The notes under the pieces were generated by a model that had not been told where the DNA came from, did no database searches, and was given only the letters and a program-made list of their open reading frames with translations. Source: Gemmatimonas sp. (GTDB lineage Bacteria; Gemmatimonadota; Gemmatimonadetes; Gemmatimonadales; Gemmatimonadaceae). From it: 64,000 nt of DNA. This document shows positions 47,862 through 57,243 of this stretch, one piece after another (position 1 is the stretch's first letter; every line of letters begins with the position of its first letter). Position numbers and translations under genes: made by a program. Location: the NCBI RefSeq assembly GCF_021298855.1, contig NZ_JAJTHI010000045.1, positions 10,709-74,708 on the forward strand, read 5' to 3'.

Positions 47862-49598
47862 ATGACGATGACCGTGCGCCTGCGCACTCTCGCGCTCACG
47901 TCGTTTGCCGCGCTGGCCTTCGCCGCCTGCGGTGGCAGTGACGACCCGATTTCGCCCACCCCCACTCCCGCCAACGGCTCGCTGGCGGTGACGGTGTCGG
48001 GGCTCCCCGCCGGTGTGAACGCGGCGGTCACCGTGACCGGGCCGAGCAACTTCAGCCAGGCGGTCACGGGCACCACCACGTTGAGTGTCGCGGCGGGCAG
48101 CTACAGCGTGGCGGCCGCGCAGGTGACGGCCAGCAACGTGCGCTACAACGCGACCATCACCGGCTCGCCGGCCACGGTTGCGGCGAATGCCACGGCCACC
48201 GTCACGGTGGCCTACGCGGTTGCCGCCAACCCCACGGTGGTGCTGAGCGGCTCCATCGCCACCAACCGCACGCTCACCCCCGATACCAGTTACGTGTTGC
48301 GCGGCTTCGTCTACGTGAACAGTGGCGCCACGCTCACGGTGAACGCGGGTACGCGCATCGTGGGGGACACCACCGCGCTGGGCTCGGCGCTGTTCGTGCT
48401 GCGTGGGGCCCGCCTGGTGGCCAACGGCACGGCCGCGGCGCCCGTGGTCTTCACCTCGCAGCGGTCCGCCGGCAATCGCTCGCCGGGTGACTGGGGCGGC
48501 CTGGTCATCGTGGGCAATGCCCGCGCCAACCGCGTTGGCAACGTGATCGTGGAAGGCTCGAACGGCTCGGTGGTGGGCGCCGATCCGGCCGGCATCGTGT
48601 ACACCGGCGGCACGGTGGACAGTGACAACAGCGGCACGCTGCGCTACGTGCGCGTGGAGTTTGCCGGGTACGCCACGCTGGCGGATGCCGAGCTCAACTC
48701 CTTCACGTTCGCTGCGGTGGGCAGCGGGACCACGGTCGAGTACGTGCAGGCGCTGGCCGGCCTCGACGACCACTTCGAATGGTTCGGCGGCACGGTGAAC
48801 GGTCGCTACCTCGTCTCGTACGAGTCGGGCGACGATCATTTCGACGGGTCCGAAGGCTATCGCGGCCTCAATCAGTTCCTCATCGGTCTGCAGTCCACCT
48901 ACCTCACGCCGCGTGCCGGTGCCGGTGCCGTGTCGGCCGACCCGCAGGGCTTCGAAGTCGACGGGTGCAACGGCGGTGGCTGTGTGGCGCCGTCGGGGGC
49001 CAATGCGCAGAGTGCCGGGCGTGACGAGGGGCTGTGGAACATGAACGTGTTCGCGAACTTCACGCTCGTCGGTCCGGCGTCGGGCGTAACGGTGCCGGGC
49101 AGCGGTGGCGTGGGTGCCGTGCTCCGCCGCGGCACGGGTGGCTACTACGTGAACGGCGTGATCGCCCGCTGGCCGCGCGGCGGCATCTCACTGCGCGACT
49201 CCACGTCCAACAACCGTTTCCAGGTGGATTCCCTCATCGTGCGCAACCTGTACTTTGCCGAAAACGGTGGCGCCGACGGCGGCTTCGATGCGGCGGGCAC
49301 GAACTTCGGCCAGGCCAGCGCCCTTACGGCCCGCAACGCGAACATCGTGGTGGGCACGGGTGTGACGGCGGCGACCCTCTTCACGGCACTGCCCGCCACC
49401 CCGACCAACGGCGCCAGCCTCGACTGGTCGCCGGCGGCCAACTCGCCGATCGCCACGGGTGGCCTGGCCACCTTCGCGGCCGACCCGCGCATTGCGGCGC
49501 GCGTGGGCACCTTCATCACCCCCACCGTGTACCGCGGCGCCGCCGCCCCCGGCGGGCCGAAGTGGTGGGAAGGCTGGACCAGCTACGCCCGCAACTGA
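47862..49598 (+). CDS. Lipoprotein with Ig-like domain and parallel beta-helix-like domain, function unknown
   Basis: AFAAC lipobox; Thr/Ala/Val-rich Ig-like part; GDWGGLVIVGNA, DNSGTLRYVRVEFAG, DDHFEWFGGTV, GDDHFD, GFEVD, WWEGWT. Confidence 0.85.
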   Translation: MTMTVRLRTLALTSFAALAFAACGGSDDPISPTPTPANGSLAVTVSGLPAGVNAAVTVTGPSNFSQAVTGTTTLSVAAGSYSVAAAQVTASNVRYNATITGSPATVAANATATVTVAYAVAANPTVVLSGSIATNRTLTPDTSYVLRGFVYVNSGATLTVNAGTRIVGDTTALGSALFVLRGARLVANGTAAAPVVFTSQRSAGNRSPGDWGGLVIVGNARANRVGNVIVEGSNGSVVGADPAGIVYTGGTVDSDNSGTLRYVRVEFAGYATLADAELNSFTFAAVGSGTTVEYVQALAGLDDHFEWFGGTVNGRYLVSYESGDDHFDGSEGYRGLNQFLIGLQSTYLTPRAGAGAVSADPQGFEVDGCNGGGCVAPSGANAQSAGRDEGLWNMNVFANFTLVGPASGVTVPGSGGVGAVLRRGTGGYYVNGVIARWPRGGISLRDSTSNNRFQVDSLIVRNLYFAENGGADGGFDAAGTNFGQASALTARNANIVVGTGVTAATLFTALPATPTNGASLDWSPAANSPIATGGLATFAADPRIAARVGTFITPTVYRGAAAPGGPKWWEGWTSYARN

Positions 49599-49665
49599 CC
49601 GGCCGCGCGATCGGCACCTACCTTTCCGGTAACGATCCGCCGCGGTGATGTCGTGTGCTGCGTGA

Positions 49666-49708
49666 AACGGCCAGGGTCGCGATGCGGCCCTGGCCGTTCT
49701 CCTGTTTT
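49666..49708 (+). terminator. Intrinsic terminator-like hairpin after the beta-helix lipoprotein
   Basis: 15-bp stem AACGGCCAGGGTCGC/GCGGCCCTGGCCGTT (one G-U pair), followed by CTCCTGTTTTT. Confidence 0.65.
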
Positions 49709-49724
49709 TCACCGTTCTGCTCTC

Positions 49725-50366
49725 ATGCCACAGCCTTCGCGTCCTTCTGTCCTGCTCGCCGTGGCCGTCGCCACATGCCTCGCGGCGGCATGCGGCGAAC
49801 CGTCCCCACGCACGGCGGCCGATTCCCAGGCGGCTCACGTCGCCGAGGTCATCGCCGCCGGCGGCACGGTCGATTCCATCCTGCCCATGGCCGAGCAGCT
49901 GCGTCGCTTCCGGGTGGGTCTCGACTCGGTGGACACGCTGCGCCACGCGGCGCCCGACCGCGAGTCGCTGGTGCGCCGCTTCCTGACGGCACTCTCGACG
50001 AGCGATACAGCCACGCTCAACGCCCTCACGCTCGACCGGGCCGAGTTTGCGTATCTGTACTACCCCACATCGGCCATGAGCCAGCCACCGTATGAAGCGC
50101 CACCCCAGTTGCTGTGGGGACAGATCATGACCAGCAGCAACGAGAGTCTGCCCAAGGCGCTGGCGCGACTGGCCGGCACCTCGGTTTCGCTCGCGCAGCT
50201 GCGCTGCCCCGATTCCGCGACGGTTGAGGGGAAGAACCGGCTGCATCAGCAATGCGCGCTGCGCCTGCGTGCGGGGTCGACCACGCTGCCCGACGGGCGC
50301 TGGTTCGGCACCATCCTCGAGCGTGAGGGGCGATTCAAGTTCATCGGCTACGCCAACGCGTTATGA
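49725..50366 (+). CDS. Hypothetical lipoprotein (213 aa)
   Basis: LAAAC lipobox; ATGA overlap with pstS. Confidence 0.78.
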   Translation: MPQPSRPSVLLAVAVATCLAAACGEPSPRTAADSQAAHVAEVIAAGGTVDSILPMAEQLRRFRVGLDSVDTLRHAAPDRESLVRRFLTALSTSDTATLNALTLDRAEFAYLYYPTSAMSQPPYEAPPQLLWGQIMTSSNESLPKALARLAGTSVSLAQLRCPDSATVEGKNRLHQQCALRLRAGSTTLPDGRWFGTILEREGRFKFIGYANAL

Positions 50367-51517
50367 GGGCGTGGCGCCGACACGGCGTACGTCTTTCGGC
50401 CGTGCTTGCCGTTGCCACACTGCCTGCGGTGTCGTGTGGCGAGGGGGTGCGCCAGCCCCCCATGGACAGCGCCGGCGCCCCGGCGGCAACCAGTGAGGGC
50501 GTGTCCGTAGCCGAATCCCAACGGCTGCGGCTGACCGGCGTCGGCGCCACGCTGCCGTACCCGCTGTATGCGCGCTGGTTCAACGAGTATGCGGCGGTCG
50601 CCCCCGTGCGCATCACCTACCGGTCGGAAGGATCGCCGCAGGGGATCGCCGCGGCGCTCAACGGGTCGGCGGATTTCGGCGCATCCGACATTCCGGTGTC
50701 CGATAGCGCCATGGTGGCCAGCGGCCGTTCGGTGGTGCATATCCCCATGGCGGTCGGCGCCGTGGCGATTACGTACAACGTCCCCGGCGCCACGCGTCCG
50801 CTGCGCCTGTCCGGGGAGGTCATCGCCGATCTGTTTCGCGGGCGCATTGCGTTTTGGGACGATGCACGCCTTCGCGCCATCAACCCCGGCGTGACGCTGC
50901 CGCACCTCGCGGTGCGCCCCGTGCGTCGCAGCGACGGCAGCGGCACGGCGCGCATCTTTGCCCGGTACCTGCAGTTGGTGCAAGGCGCGGACGCCCCGTG
51001 GCCAGACGGGGACTCGGTGATCGTGCGTGACGGGAACGAGGCGGTCGCCGCCGAGGTGAAGGCCACGGCCGGAGCGGTGGCGTACCTCGAGGTCGTGTAT
51101 GCGCGACAGAACCGTTTGCCCGCGGCGCACGTCCGCAATCGCGCGGGGCAGTTCGTGTCGCCCATGCCCTTCGAGATTGCGACCGCTGCGGCCAACACCC
51201 TCGACGGTCTCGCCCCGTTCGACGACGAGGGGGTGAGCGGGTTTCGCCTGTCACTGCTGGACGCCGAGGGCAGACAGGCGTATCCGCTGGCGGCCTTCAC
51301 TTGGCTATTGATCGTACCGTCGCAACTCTCGGCGGCCAAGCGTACCGCCCTTGCCGATTTTCTGCATTGGGCGTTTCTCGAAGGGGCGGCAAGCGCCAGC
51401 AGCATGGGCTATGTGCCGCTCCCGTCCGCCGTGGCGGACGCCGTGTTGGCGCGGGTGGATGCCGCGCTGCGATGCAACCCTTGCGCGACGGGGGCGGCTT
51501 CCGGTACGGTACGCTGA
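50363..51517 (+). CDS. pstS: Phosphate-binding protein PstS (lipoprotein)
   Basis: GATLPYPLY, GS, DFGASD, RSDGSGT, AYLE, YPLAAFTW, MGYVPLP; AVSC lipobox. Confidence 0.92.
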   Translation: MRAWRRHGVRLSAVLAVATLPAVSCGEGVRQPPMDSAGAPAATSEGVSVAESQRLRLTGVGATLPYPLYARWFNEYAAVAPVRITYRSEGSPQGIAAALNGSADFGASDIPVSDSAMVASGRSVVHIPMAVGAVAITYNVPGATRPLRLSGEVIADLFRGRIAFWDDARLRAINPGVTLPHLAVRPVRRSDGSGTARIFARYLQLVQGADAPWPDGDSVIVRDGNEAVAAEVKATAGAVAYLEVVYARQNRLPAAHVRNRAGQFVSPMPFEIATAAANTLDGLAPFDDEGVSGFRLSLLDAEGRQAYPLAAFTWLLIVPSQLSAAKRTALADFLHWAFLEGAASASSMGYVPLPSAVADAVLARVDAALRCNPCATGAASGTVR

Positions 51518-51593
51518 GGGTTGCCGATCGACCGGGGGAACCGGACCACAGGCCGGCGTGACCCGCACCTGTTCTCCTGCCCCCGGCTGCCAC

Positions 51594-53186
51594 ATGACGG
51601 CTCCAGTAGCAAGCACCGGCGATGTTCGCATCGCGGCCATCGACATCGGGTCGAACTCGGTGCGGCAGATCATCGCCGATGTCTCGCCGGCGGGCGGCAT
51701 TCGGGTGGTCGATGAAATGAAGGCCATGCCCCGTTTGGGCGATGGCCTGGAGAGCACGGGGGCGCTGTCGACCACCGCGATCGACTCGGCCGTGGCTGCG
51801 GTGCAGCGCATGGTCACGCTGGCCCGGCAGCTGGCTGCCGCGCGTATCGAGATCGTGGCCACCAGCGCGGTGCGTGACGCGAGCAATTCGCGCGAGTTCA
51901 CGGCGCGCCTCACCGCTGCCACCGGGCAACCGGTGCGGGTCCTCAGCGGCGAAGAGGAAGCGCTGCTCTGTTTCCGCAGCGCTCTGGCGCACTTCGAGCT
52001 GGGCGCGGGACGCACCGTGGTCATGGACATCGGGGGCGGTTCCCTCGAACTCGTGCTCGCGAAGGATGGTCTCATCGAGCGCGTGGCCTCGCTCCCCTTC
52101 GGGGCCGTGCGGCTCACCGAGAAGTTCCTCACCCCGGCCGTGCGGCCGCGCCGGGTGCGGGCGCTGCGCGAGCATGTGCGCGAGGGGCTGCGCAAGGCCG
52201 TGCCGGTCAAGGACTGGCGCGGCGCCCAGGTGATCGGGTCAGGCGGCACGTTCACGAATCTCGCGGGCATCGTGCTGGCGCGGCAGCACGTCACCGTGCG
52301 TTCGGCGCACGGCACGCGCGTCACGCGGGCCGAACTCGAGCATGTGCTGGAGTGGCTGCAGCGCATGGAGGCGCCGGAGCGGCAACAGGTGCCCGGGCTC
52401 AACCCTGCGCGCGCCGACATCATCGTGGCGGGGCTTGCCGTGGCGGCCGAAGTGCTGGCACGCTTCGACCCGCGCGATCTGCTCACCTCGGCCTTCGGCA
52501 TTCGCGAAGGCATTCTGCTGGAAGCCGCCCGCGTTACCCCCCGGGTGGCCGATCCCGGCGTCGCTCGCGACCGATCGGTGCGGGAGTTCGCGGAACGCTG
52601 TCACTTCGAGGCGCCGCACGCCCGGCAGGTGCAGGCCCTGTCGCTGCAGCTGTTCGATGCCCTCGAGGCACGCCTCGGACTCACGGCGGCCGACCGCCGC
52701 CTCCTGTCCGACGCGGCCCTGTTGCACGATGTGGGCTACCACATCAACTACGAAAAGCATCACAAGCATTCGTTCCATCTCATCTCGCACGCCGATCTGC
52801 TGGGCATGACGCCGGCCGAGCAGATCATGATTGCGCACATTGCGCGCTATCATCGCGGCGCGCCGCCCAAGGCCAAGCACGCGGGCTTCGGTCAGCTCGA
52901 CCGCGCCACCCGTGAGCGCATCGTGAAGCTGTCGGCGCTGCTGCGGTTCGCCGACGGCATGGATCGCGGGCATGTGAGCGCCGTGGGCGGCATGGCGGTA
53001 AAGTGGACGACCGACGCCGTGCGGGTCACGGTGCATGAAGCCGAAGGCGCCACGAACGTGCGGCTCGAATGCTGGGGCGCGAGCCGGAAGCGCCGGCTGC
53101 TGGAGGAGGTGCTGGGGCGGCCGATCATCGTCCTGCTTCCCGACGGCACCCCCATCAGCGCCGACGACGAAGGCGACGGCGAGTGA
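51594..53186 (+). CDS. ppx: Exopolyphosphatase Ppx/GppA with HD domain
   Basis: AAIDIGSNSVR, ATSAVRDA, SGEEEA, DIGGGSLEL, GIREG, LLHDVG. Confidence 0.94.
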   Translation: MTAPVASTGDVRIAAIDIGSNSVRQIIADVSPAGGIRVVDEMKAMPRLGDGLESTGALSTTAIDSAVAAVQRMVTLARQLAAARIEIVATSAVRDASNSREFTARLTAATGQPVRVLSGEEEALLCFRSALAHFELGAGRTVVMDIGGGSLELVLAKDGLIERVASLPFGAVRLTEKFLTPAVRPRRVRALREHVREGLRKAVPVKDWRGAQVIGSGGTFTNLAGIVLARQHVTVRSAHGTRVTRAELEHVLEWLQRMEAPERQQVPGLNPARADIIVAGLAVAAEVLARFDPRDLLTSAFGIREGILLEAARVTPRVADPGVARDRSVREFAERCHFEAPHARQVQALSLQLFDALEARLGLTAADRRLLSDAALLHDVGYHINYEKHHKHSFHLISHADLLGMTPAEQIMIAHIARYHRGAPPKAKHAGFGQLDRATRERIVKLSALLRFADGMDRGHVSAVGGMAVKWTTDAVRVTVHEAEGATNVRLECWGASRKRRLLEEVLGRPIIVLLPDGTPISADDEGDGE

Positions 53187-53193
53187 GCCGACC

Positions 53194-53220
53194 CGAGGCG
53201 GACGCGTTCAGTCCGCCTCG
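53194..53220. terminator. Hairpin between convergent ppx and ppk1
   Basis: Perfect 10-bp stem CGAGGCGGAC/GTCCGCCTCG followed by a pyrimidine tract. Confidence 0.65.
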
Positions 53221-53228
53221 CCCTTCTT

Positions 53229-55328
53229 CTAGCGCTTGGGCGGTCGCGCCGCCTCGGTACCCCACGGTTCCTTCATGAAAATCTGGTGCGTGGCGCGCGC
53301 GGCCTCACCCCGTGGCTCCCGCCGGCGGTACTGCCCGTCGGCCCCCAATTCCCAGGCCTGCCGGTTGTCGCTCAGGCAGGTGGCCAGCACCGCCTCCAAC
53401 CCCTTGTGCAGGAGTTGGTCCTCGATGGGCGTCATGACTTCCACGCGCCGATCGAAGTTGCGCGGCATCCAGTCGGCCGAGCCGATGTAGTACTCCGGGT
53501 TGCCGGCGTTCGCGAAGAACGCCAGCCGTGAGTGCTCGAGGAAGCGCCCGATGATGCTCACCACCCGGATATGCTCGCTCATGCCCGCCAAGCCCGGCAC
53601 GAGGCAACAGATGCCGCGCACGATGAGGTCGATCTTCACTCCGGCCTGCGACGCGCGGTACAGGGCCGCAATGATCTCGGGATCGACGAGGGCGTTCATC
53701 TTGGCAATGATGCGCCCGCCCTTCCCGGCGATCGCGTGCGCCGTTTCCCGTTCGATGAGTTCCAAGAGGCGCGCACGCAGCGAGACCGGGGCCACCGCGA
53801 GCCGCCGATAATGCTTCTGCCGCGACACACCGGTCAGCGAATTGAACAGGTCGGACAGGTCGGCGCCGATTTCCGGATGACAGGTGAACAACCCCATGTC
53901 GGTGTACAGCCGGGCCGTCCTGCTGTTGTAGTTGCCGGTGCCGATGTGCACATAGCGACGAATGCCGTCGGCGTCTCGGCGCACGACGAGTACCGTCTTG
54001 GCGTGGGTCTTGAGCCCCGGCAGCCCGTATGCCACATGAATGCCCACACTTTCCATGGTGCGGGCAAAGGTGATGTTGTTGGTCTCGTCGAAGCGCGCCT
54101 GCAGCTCGATGATGACCGCCACCTGCTTGCCCGCTTCGGCCGCCTCGGTGAGCGCCCGGACGATGGCCATGTCACCGGAAGTGCGGTACAGCGTGAGCTT
54201 GATGGCCAGCACCTGCGGATCGTTGGCCGCCGCCTCGAGAAACGTCTCGACCGATGCGGTGAACGACTCGAAGGGATGGTGCACGAGCACATCGCGCTCG
54301 CGAATCACGTCGAACAGGTTGCGCCCGTCCCGGAAGGCGGGCGGCACCTGCGGCGTGTGCGGCGGGTCGCGCAGTTCGGGAAGGTCGGTGAGGGCGAGCT
54401 GCAAGAGGTCACCCATCTCGAGCAGGTCATCCACGTCGTGCACATCGTCCGGCCCGAGGGGCGCCACCAGCTGGGTCTCGCTTTCGCTGAGCTCCTCCAG
54501 CAGCAGCGCCCGAATGCGTTCGGGCATGTCGTGCTGCACTTCGAGCCGCACCACTTCACCAAAGCGCCGCTGGAAGACCTGCTGTTCGATGGTTTCGAGC
54601 AGATCCTCGGGCTGGTCCATCTGGCCCAGGTCGAGGTCGGAGTAGCGCGTGATGCGGAAGGTGAACCAGCGCTGCACCTCCATGCCCGGGAACAGTGCTC
54701 CGAGGTGGGCGCCAATGACATCCTCGAGCGGCACATAGCAGTGTCCGCGCCCGAACGACACCCACCGCGGCAGCGAGCGCGGCACCTTCACGCGCGCGAA
54801 GTGCGCCTTGCCCGTGACCGGGTCGCGAATGTCCACCGCCAGCGAGAGCGAGAGGTTGGAGATGTAGGGGAACGGGTGTCCGGGGTCGACCGCGAGCGGC
54901 GTGAGCACCGGGAACACCTGGGCCTCGAAGAACTCGTGCACGCGCGCCCGCTCGGCATCGTCGAGCGTCTCCATCTTGACCAGATGGATGTCGTGGCGCG
55001 CGAGTCCGGGCAGCAGTTCGCGCTTGAGGACGCGACGCCGGCGGGCCAGCAGTTCGCGCACGCGCGTGCGAATGGCGACCAGCTGCTCGGCCGGTGCCAG
55101 CGGATCGGGGGCGTATTGCGGGGCCCCCGAGGCCACCTTTCGGCGCAGCCCGGCGACCCGCACCATGTAGAATTCGTCGAGGTTGGTGCTGAAGATCGCC
55201 AGGAACTTGAGGCGCTCGAGCAGCGGCACCCGTTCATCGAGGGCTTCTTCCAGCACCCGCGCATTGAAGTCGAGCCACGAGAGCTCGCGATTCAGATAGG
55301 GCAGCGACAGCGACGTGACCGAGGACAT
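53229..55328 (-). CDS. ppk1: Polyphosphate kinase 1
   Basis: LNRELSWLDFNARVL, NLDEFYMVRV, DPGHPFP, HHPF, ARFDE, KTHAK, GTGNYN, GRFLEHSR, SADWM. Confidence 0.98.
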   Translation of the reverse strand: MSSVTSLSLPYLNRELSWLDFNARVLEEALDERVPLLERLKFLAIFSTNLDEFYMVRVAGLRRKVASGAPQYAPDPLAPAEQLVAIRTRVRELLARRRRVLKRELLPGLARHDIHLVKMETLDDAERARVHEFFEAQVFPVLTPLAVDPGHPFPYISNLSLSLAVDIRDPVTGKAHFARVKVPRSLPRWVSFGRGHCYVPLEDVIGAHLGALFPGMEVQRWFTFRITRYSDLDLGQMDQPEDLLETIEQQVFQRRFGEVVRLEVQHDMPERIRALLLEELSESETQLVAPLGPDDVHDVDDLLEMGDLLQLALTDLPELRDPPHTPQVPPAFRDGRNLFDVIRERDVLVHHPFESFTASVETFLEAAANDPQVLAIKLTLYRTSGDMAIVRALTEAAEAGKQVAVIIELQARFDETNNITFARTMESVGIHVAYGLPGLKTHAKTVLVVRRDADGIRRYVHIGTGNYNSRTARLYTDMGLFTCHPEIGADLSDLFNSLTGVSRQKHYRRLAVAPVSLRARLLELIERETAHAIAGKGGRIIAKMNALVDPEIIAALYRASQAGVKIDLIVRGICCLVPGLAGMSEHIRVVSIIGRFLEHSRLAFFANAGNPEYYIGSADWMPRNFDRRVEVMTPIEDQLLHKGLEAVLATCLSDNRQAWELGADGQYRRREPRGEAARATHQIFMKEPWGTEAARPPKR

Positions 55329-55374
55329 GGTCCATGTGGCCGGCGGTCGAACAGGACCGCCGGCCGTCTCCGCG

Positions 55375-56412
55375 TCAGAGAGGATTGAAGGCCGCGAGCA
55401 GCCAGTAGCTCAGTGCTGCCATGCCCGCACTCGCGGGGATGGTAATGACCCACGCCCACACAATGCGGCTGGCCAGCCCCCAGCGCACGGCCGACAGGCG
55501 ATTGGTGGCCCCCACCCCCACGATCGCGCCGGTGATCGTGTGGGTCGTGGACACGGGAATCCCCAGTTTGGAGGCGGCGAGAATGACCATCGCGCCGCCC
55601 GTTTCGGCACAGAAGCCGCCCACGGGGCGCAGTTTGGTGATGCGGGTCCCCATGGTGTGCACAATGCGCCAGCCACCGAAGAGCGTACCCAGCGAGATCA
55701 TGGTGTAGGCACTGAGCTCCACCCACACCGGGATGACGTCGAGCGACGTGACGTGGAAGTGCGCCAGCCACCCGGTCTGGTTGGCGAAGGTGGCCTGCGT
55801 GGCCACGAGCAGCCCCACGATGATGCCCATCGTCTTCTGGGCATCGTTGCCACCGTGCGCGAGCGAGAGCAGCGCCGAACTGGTGAGTTGCAGCACCCGG
55901 AACACCCTCTCCGCCTTCGTGTTGACCACGTTGCGGAAGAGGTTGAAGACCAGCACCATGAGCAGGAAGCCCATGAGCGCGCCGAGCATGGGCGAGAGCA
56001 CGATGGCCGAGAGCGTCTCGATCCACTTCTTGCCCCACAGCAGCGCCGAGAAGCCGACCTTGGCCACCGCGGCGCCGGCATAGCCGCCGATGAGGGCGTG
56101 GGAGGAGCTCGACGGAATGCCGAACCACCACGTGATGAGATTCCACGCAATGGCGCCCAGCAGCCCGCCCAGAATGACGTTGGCATCGACCACGTTGAGG
56201 TCGATGAAGCCGGCCGCGACCGACTTGGCCACGGCGGTGCCCACGAAGAACAGCGCGGAGAAGTTGAACACCGCCGCCCAGATGACGGCGGCGAGGGGAC
56301 TCAGCACGCGCGTGCCGACGATGGTGGCGATCGAGTTGGCGGAGTCGTGGAAGCCGTTGATGAAGTCGAAGGCCAACGCAACCGCGACGATGAAGATGAC
56401 GAAGGTGACCAC
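55375..56412 (-). CDS. pit: Inorganic phosphate transporter, PiT family
   Basis: GFHDSANSIAT, PSSSSHAL, AHGGNDAQK, PVSTTH. Confidence 0.96.
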   Translation of the reverse strand: MVTFVIFIVAVALAFDFINGFHDSANSIATIVGTRVLSPLAAVIWAAVFNFSALFFVGTAVAKSVAAGFIDLNVVDANVILGGLLGAIAWNLITWWFGIPSSSSHALIGGYAGAAVAKVGFSALLWGKKWIETLSAIVLSPMLGALMGFLLMVLVFNLFRNVVNTKAERVFRVLQLTSSALLSLAHGGNDAQKTMGIIVGLLVATQATFANQTGWLAHFHVTSLDVIPVWVELSAYTMISLGTLFGGWRIVHTMGTRITKLRPVGGFCAETGGAMVILAASKLGIPVSTTHTITGAIVGVGATNRLSAVRWGLASRIVWAWVITIPASAGMAALSYWLLAAFNPL

Positions 56413-56430
56413 GGAGCGATCAGCGGCGCG

Positions 56431-57042
56431 TCAGCTGTTCTTGAGCGCGATGCTCTCGAGGGCGTTGGACACGTCCTCGCACTCGTCGATGGCTTCCTCG
56501 AGCGCATCGAAGATCTCCTTCCACTTCAGCACTTCGATTGCCGGCTCGTCATGTTCGAAGAGCGCGCCCACCGACTGCGCGTAGAGCACATCGCCCTCTT
56601 CCTCCAGCAGCTTGATGGCCCGGCCATGCTCCATCATGCGCTGCCGCTTGGAAATGTCCCCGACCGAGGCCAGGATCTCCTTGCCGCACCGCACCAGCAC
56701 ATCGGCCATCTGCACCCCGCCGTCGCGCGCCGTGGTCACCCGGAACATCACGACACGGCGCGAAGCCCCGTTGATGAGGTCAATGACGTTGTCGAGCCGC
56801 TTCGCGAGCAGGTGAATGTCTTCGCGATCGAGCGGCGTGACGAAGCTCGTGTCGATGCGCTGGTTGATGAGGTGCACGATGGCGTCCCCATCGGTCTCCA
56901 CCTTCTTGATCTGCACCGAGATCTGCGCCGCGTTGGCGGGATTCTCGAAGAGGGTGCGCAGCAACGTGGCCGCTTCGCCGATATGCACGGCAAGGCCGCG
57001 GAAGTGGTCGAAGAACGTTTCGTCTTTGGAGAAAAGCTTCAC
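56431..57042 (-). CDS. DUF47 (PhoU-like) Pit accessory protein
   Basis: ETDGD..SFVTPLDREDI..LDNVID, LEEEGD..LKWKEI..LEEAID. Confidence 0.92.
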   Translation of the reverse strand: MKLFSKDETFFDHFRGLAVHIGEAATLLRTLFENPANAAQISVQIKKVETDGDAIVHLINQRIDTSFVTPLDREDIHLLAKRLDNVIDLINGASRRVVMFRVTTARDGGVQMADVLVRCGKEILASVGDISKRQRMMEHGRAIKLLEEEGDVLYAQSVGALFEHDEPAIEVLKWKEIFDALEEAIDECEDVSNALESIALKNS

Positions 57043-57136
57043 GGCAGCGTGTTGGATTGAGGAGGTGTTCGGCGCCGCAGTGGGGACGGGCTCGGCAGAA
57101 GCTGCGGGCTTCGCGTCCCGGTGTGACTGCGGCTGT

Positions 57137-57210
57137 GTAACGAAAACGTCACCGAGGGAACTCCGCCATCCACCCGCTGGCCCCGATTTCCCTTGTTACA
57201 GAGGCGAGAC
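57137..57210 (-). promoter_or_regulatory. Two pairs of 11-bp-spaced GTNAC-like repeats upstream of DUF47-pit-ppk1
   Basis: GTAAC 57137 / GTCAC 57148; GTTAC 57195 / GAGAC 57206. Confidence 0.35.
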
Positions 57211-57243
57211 AATGGTTCATGGATGGTGCGCCTCCCGATTGGT

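Noticed and set aside
49629-49668. Lone GTAAC and GAAAC upstream of the lipoprotein-pstS genes as a Pho box
   Set aside because: Not in 11-bp phase (35 bp apart); GAAAC overlaps the terminator stem
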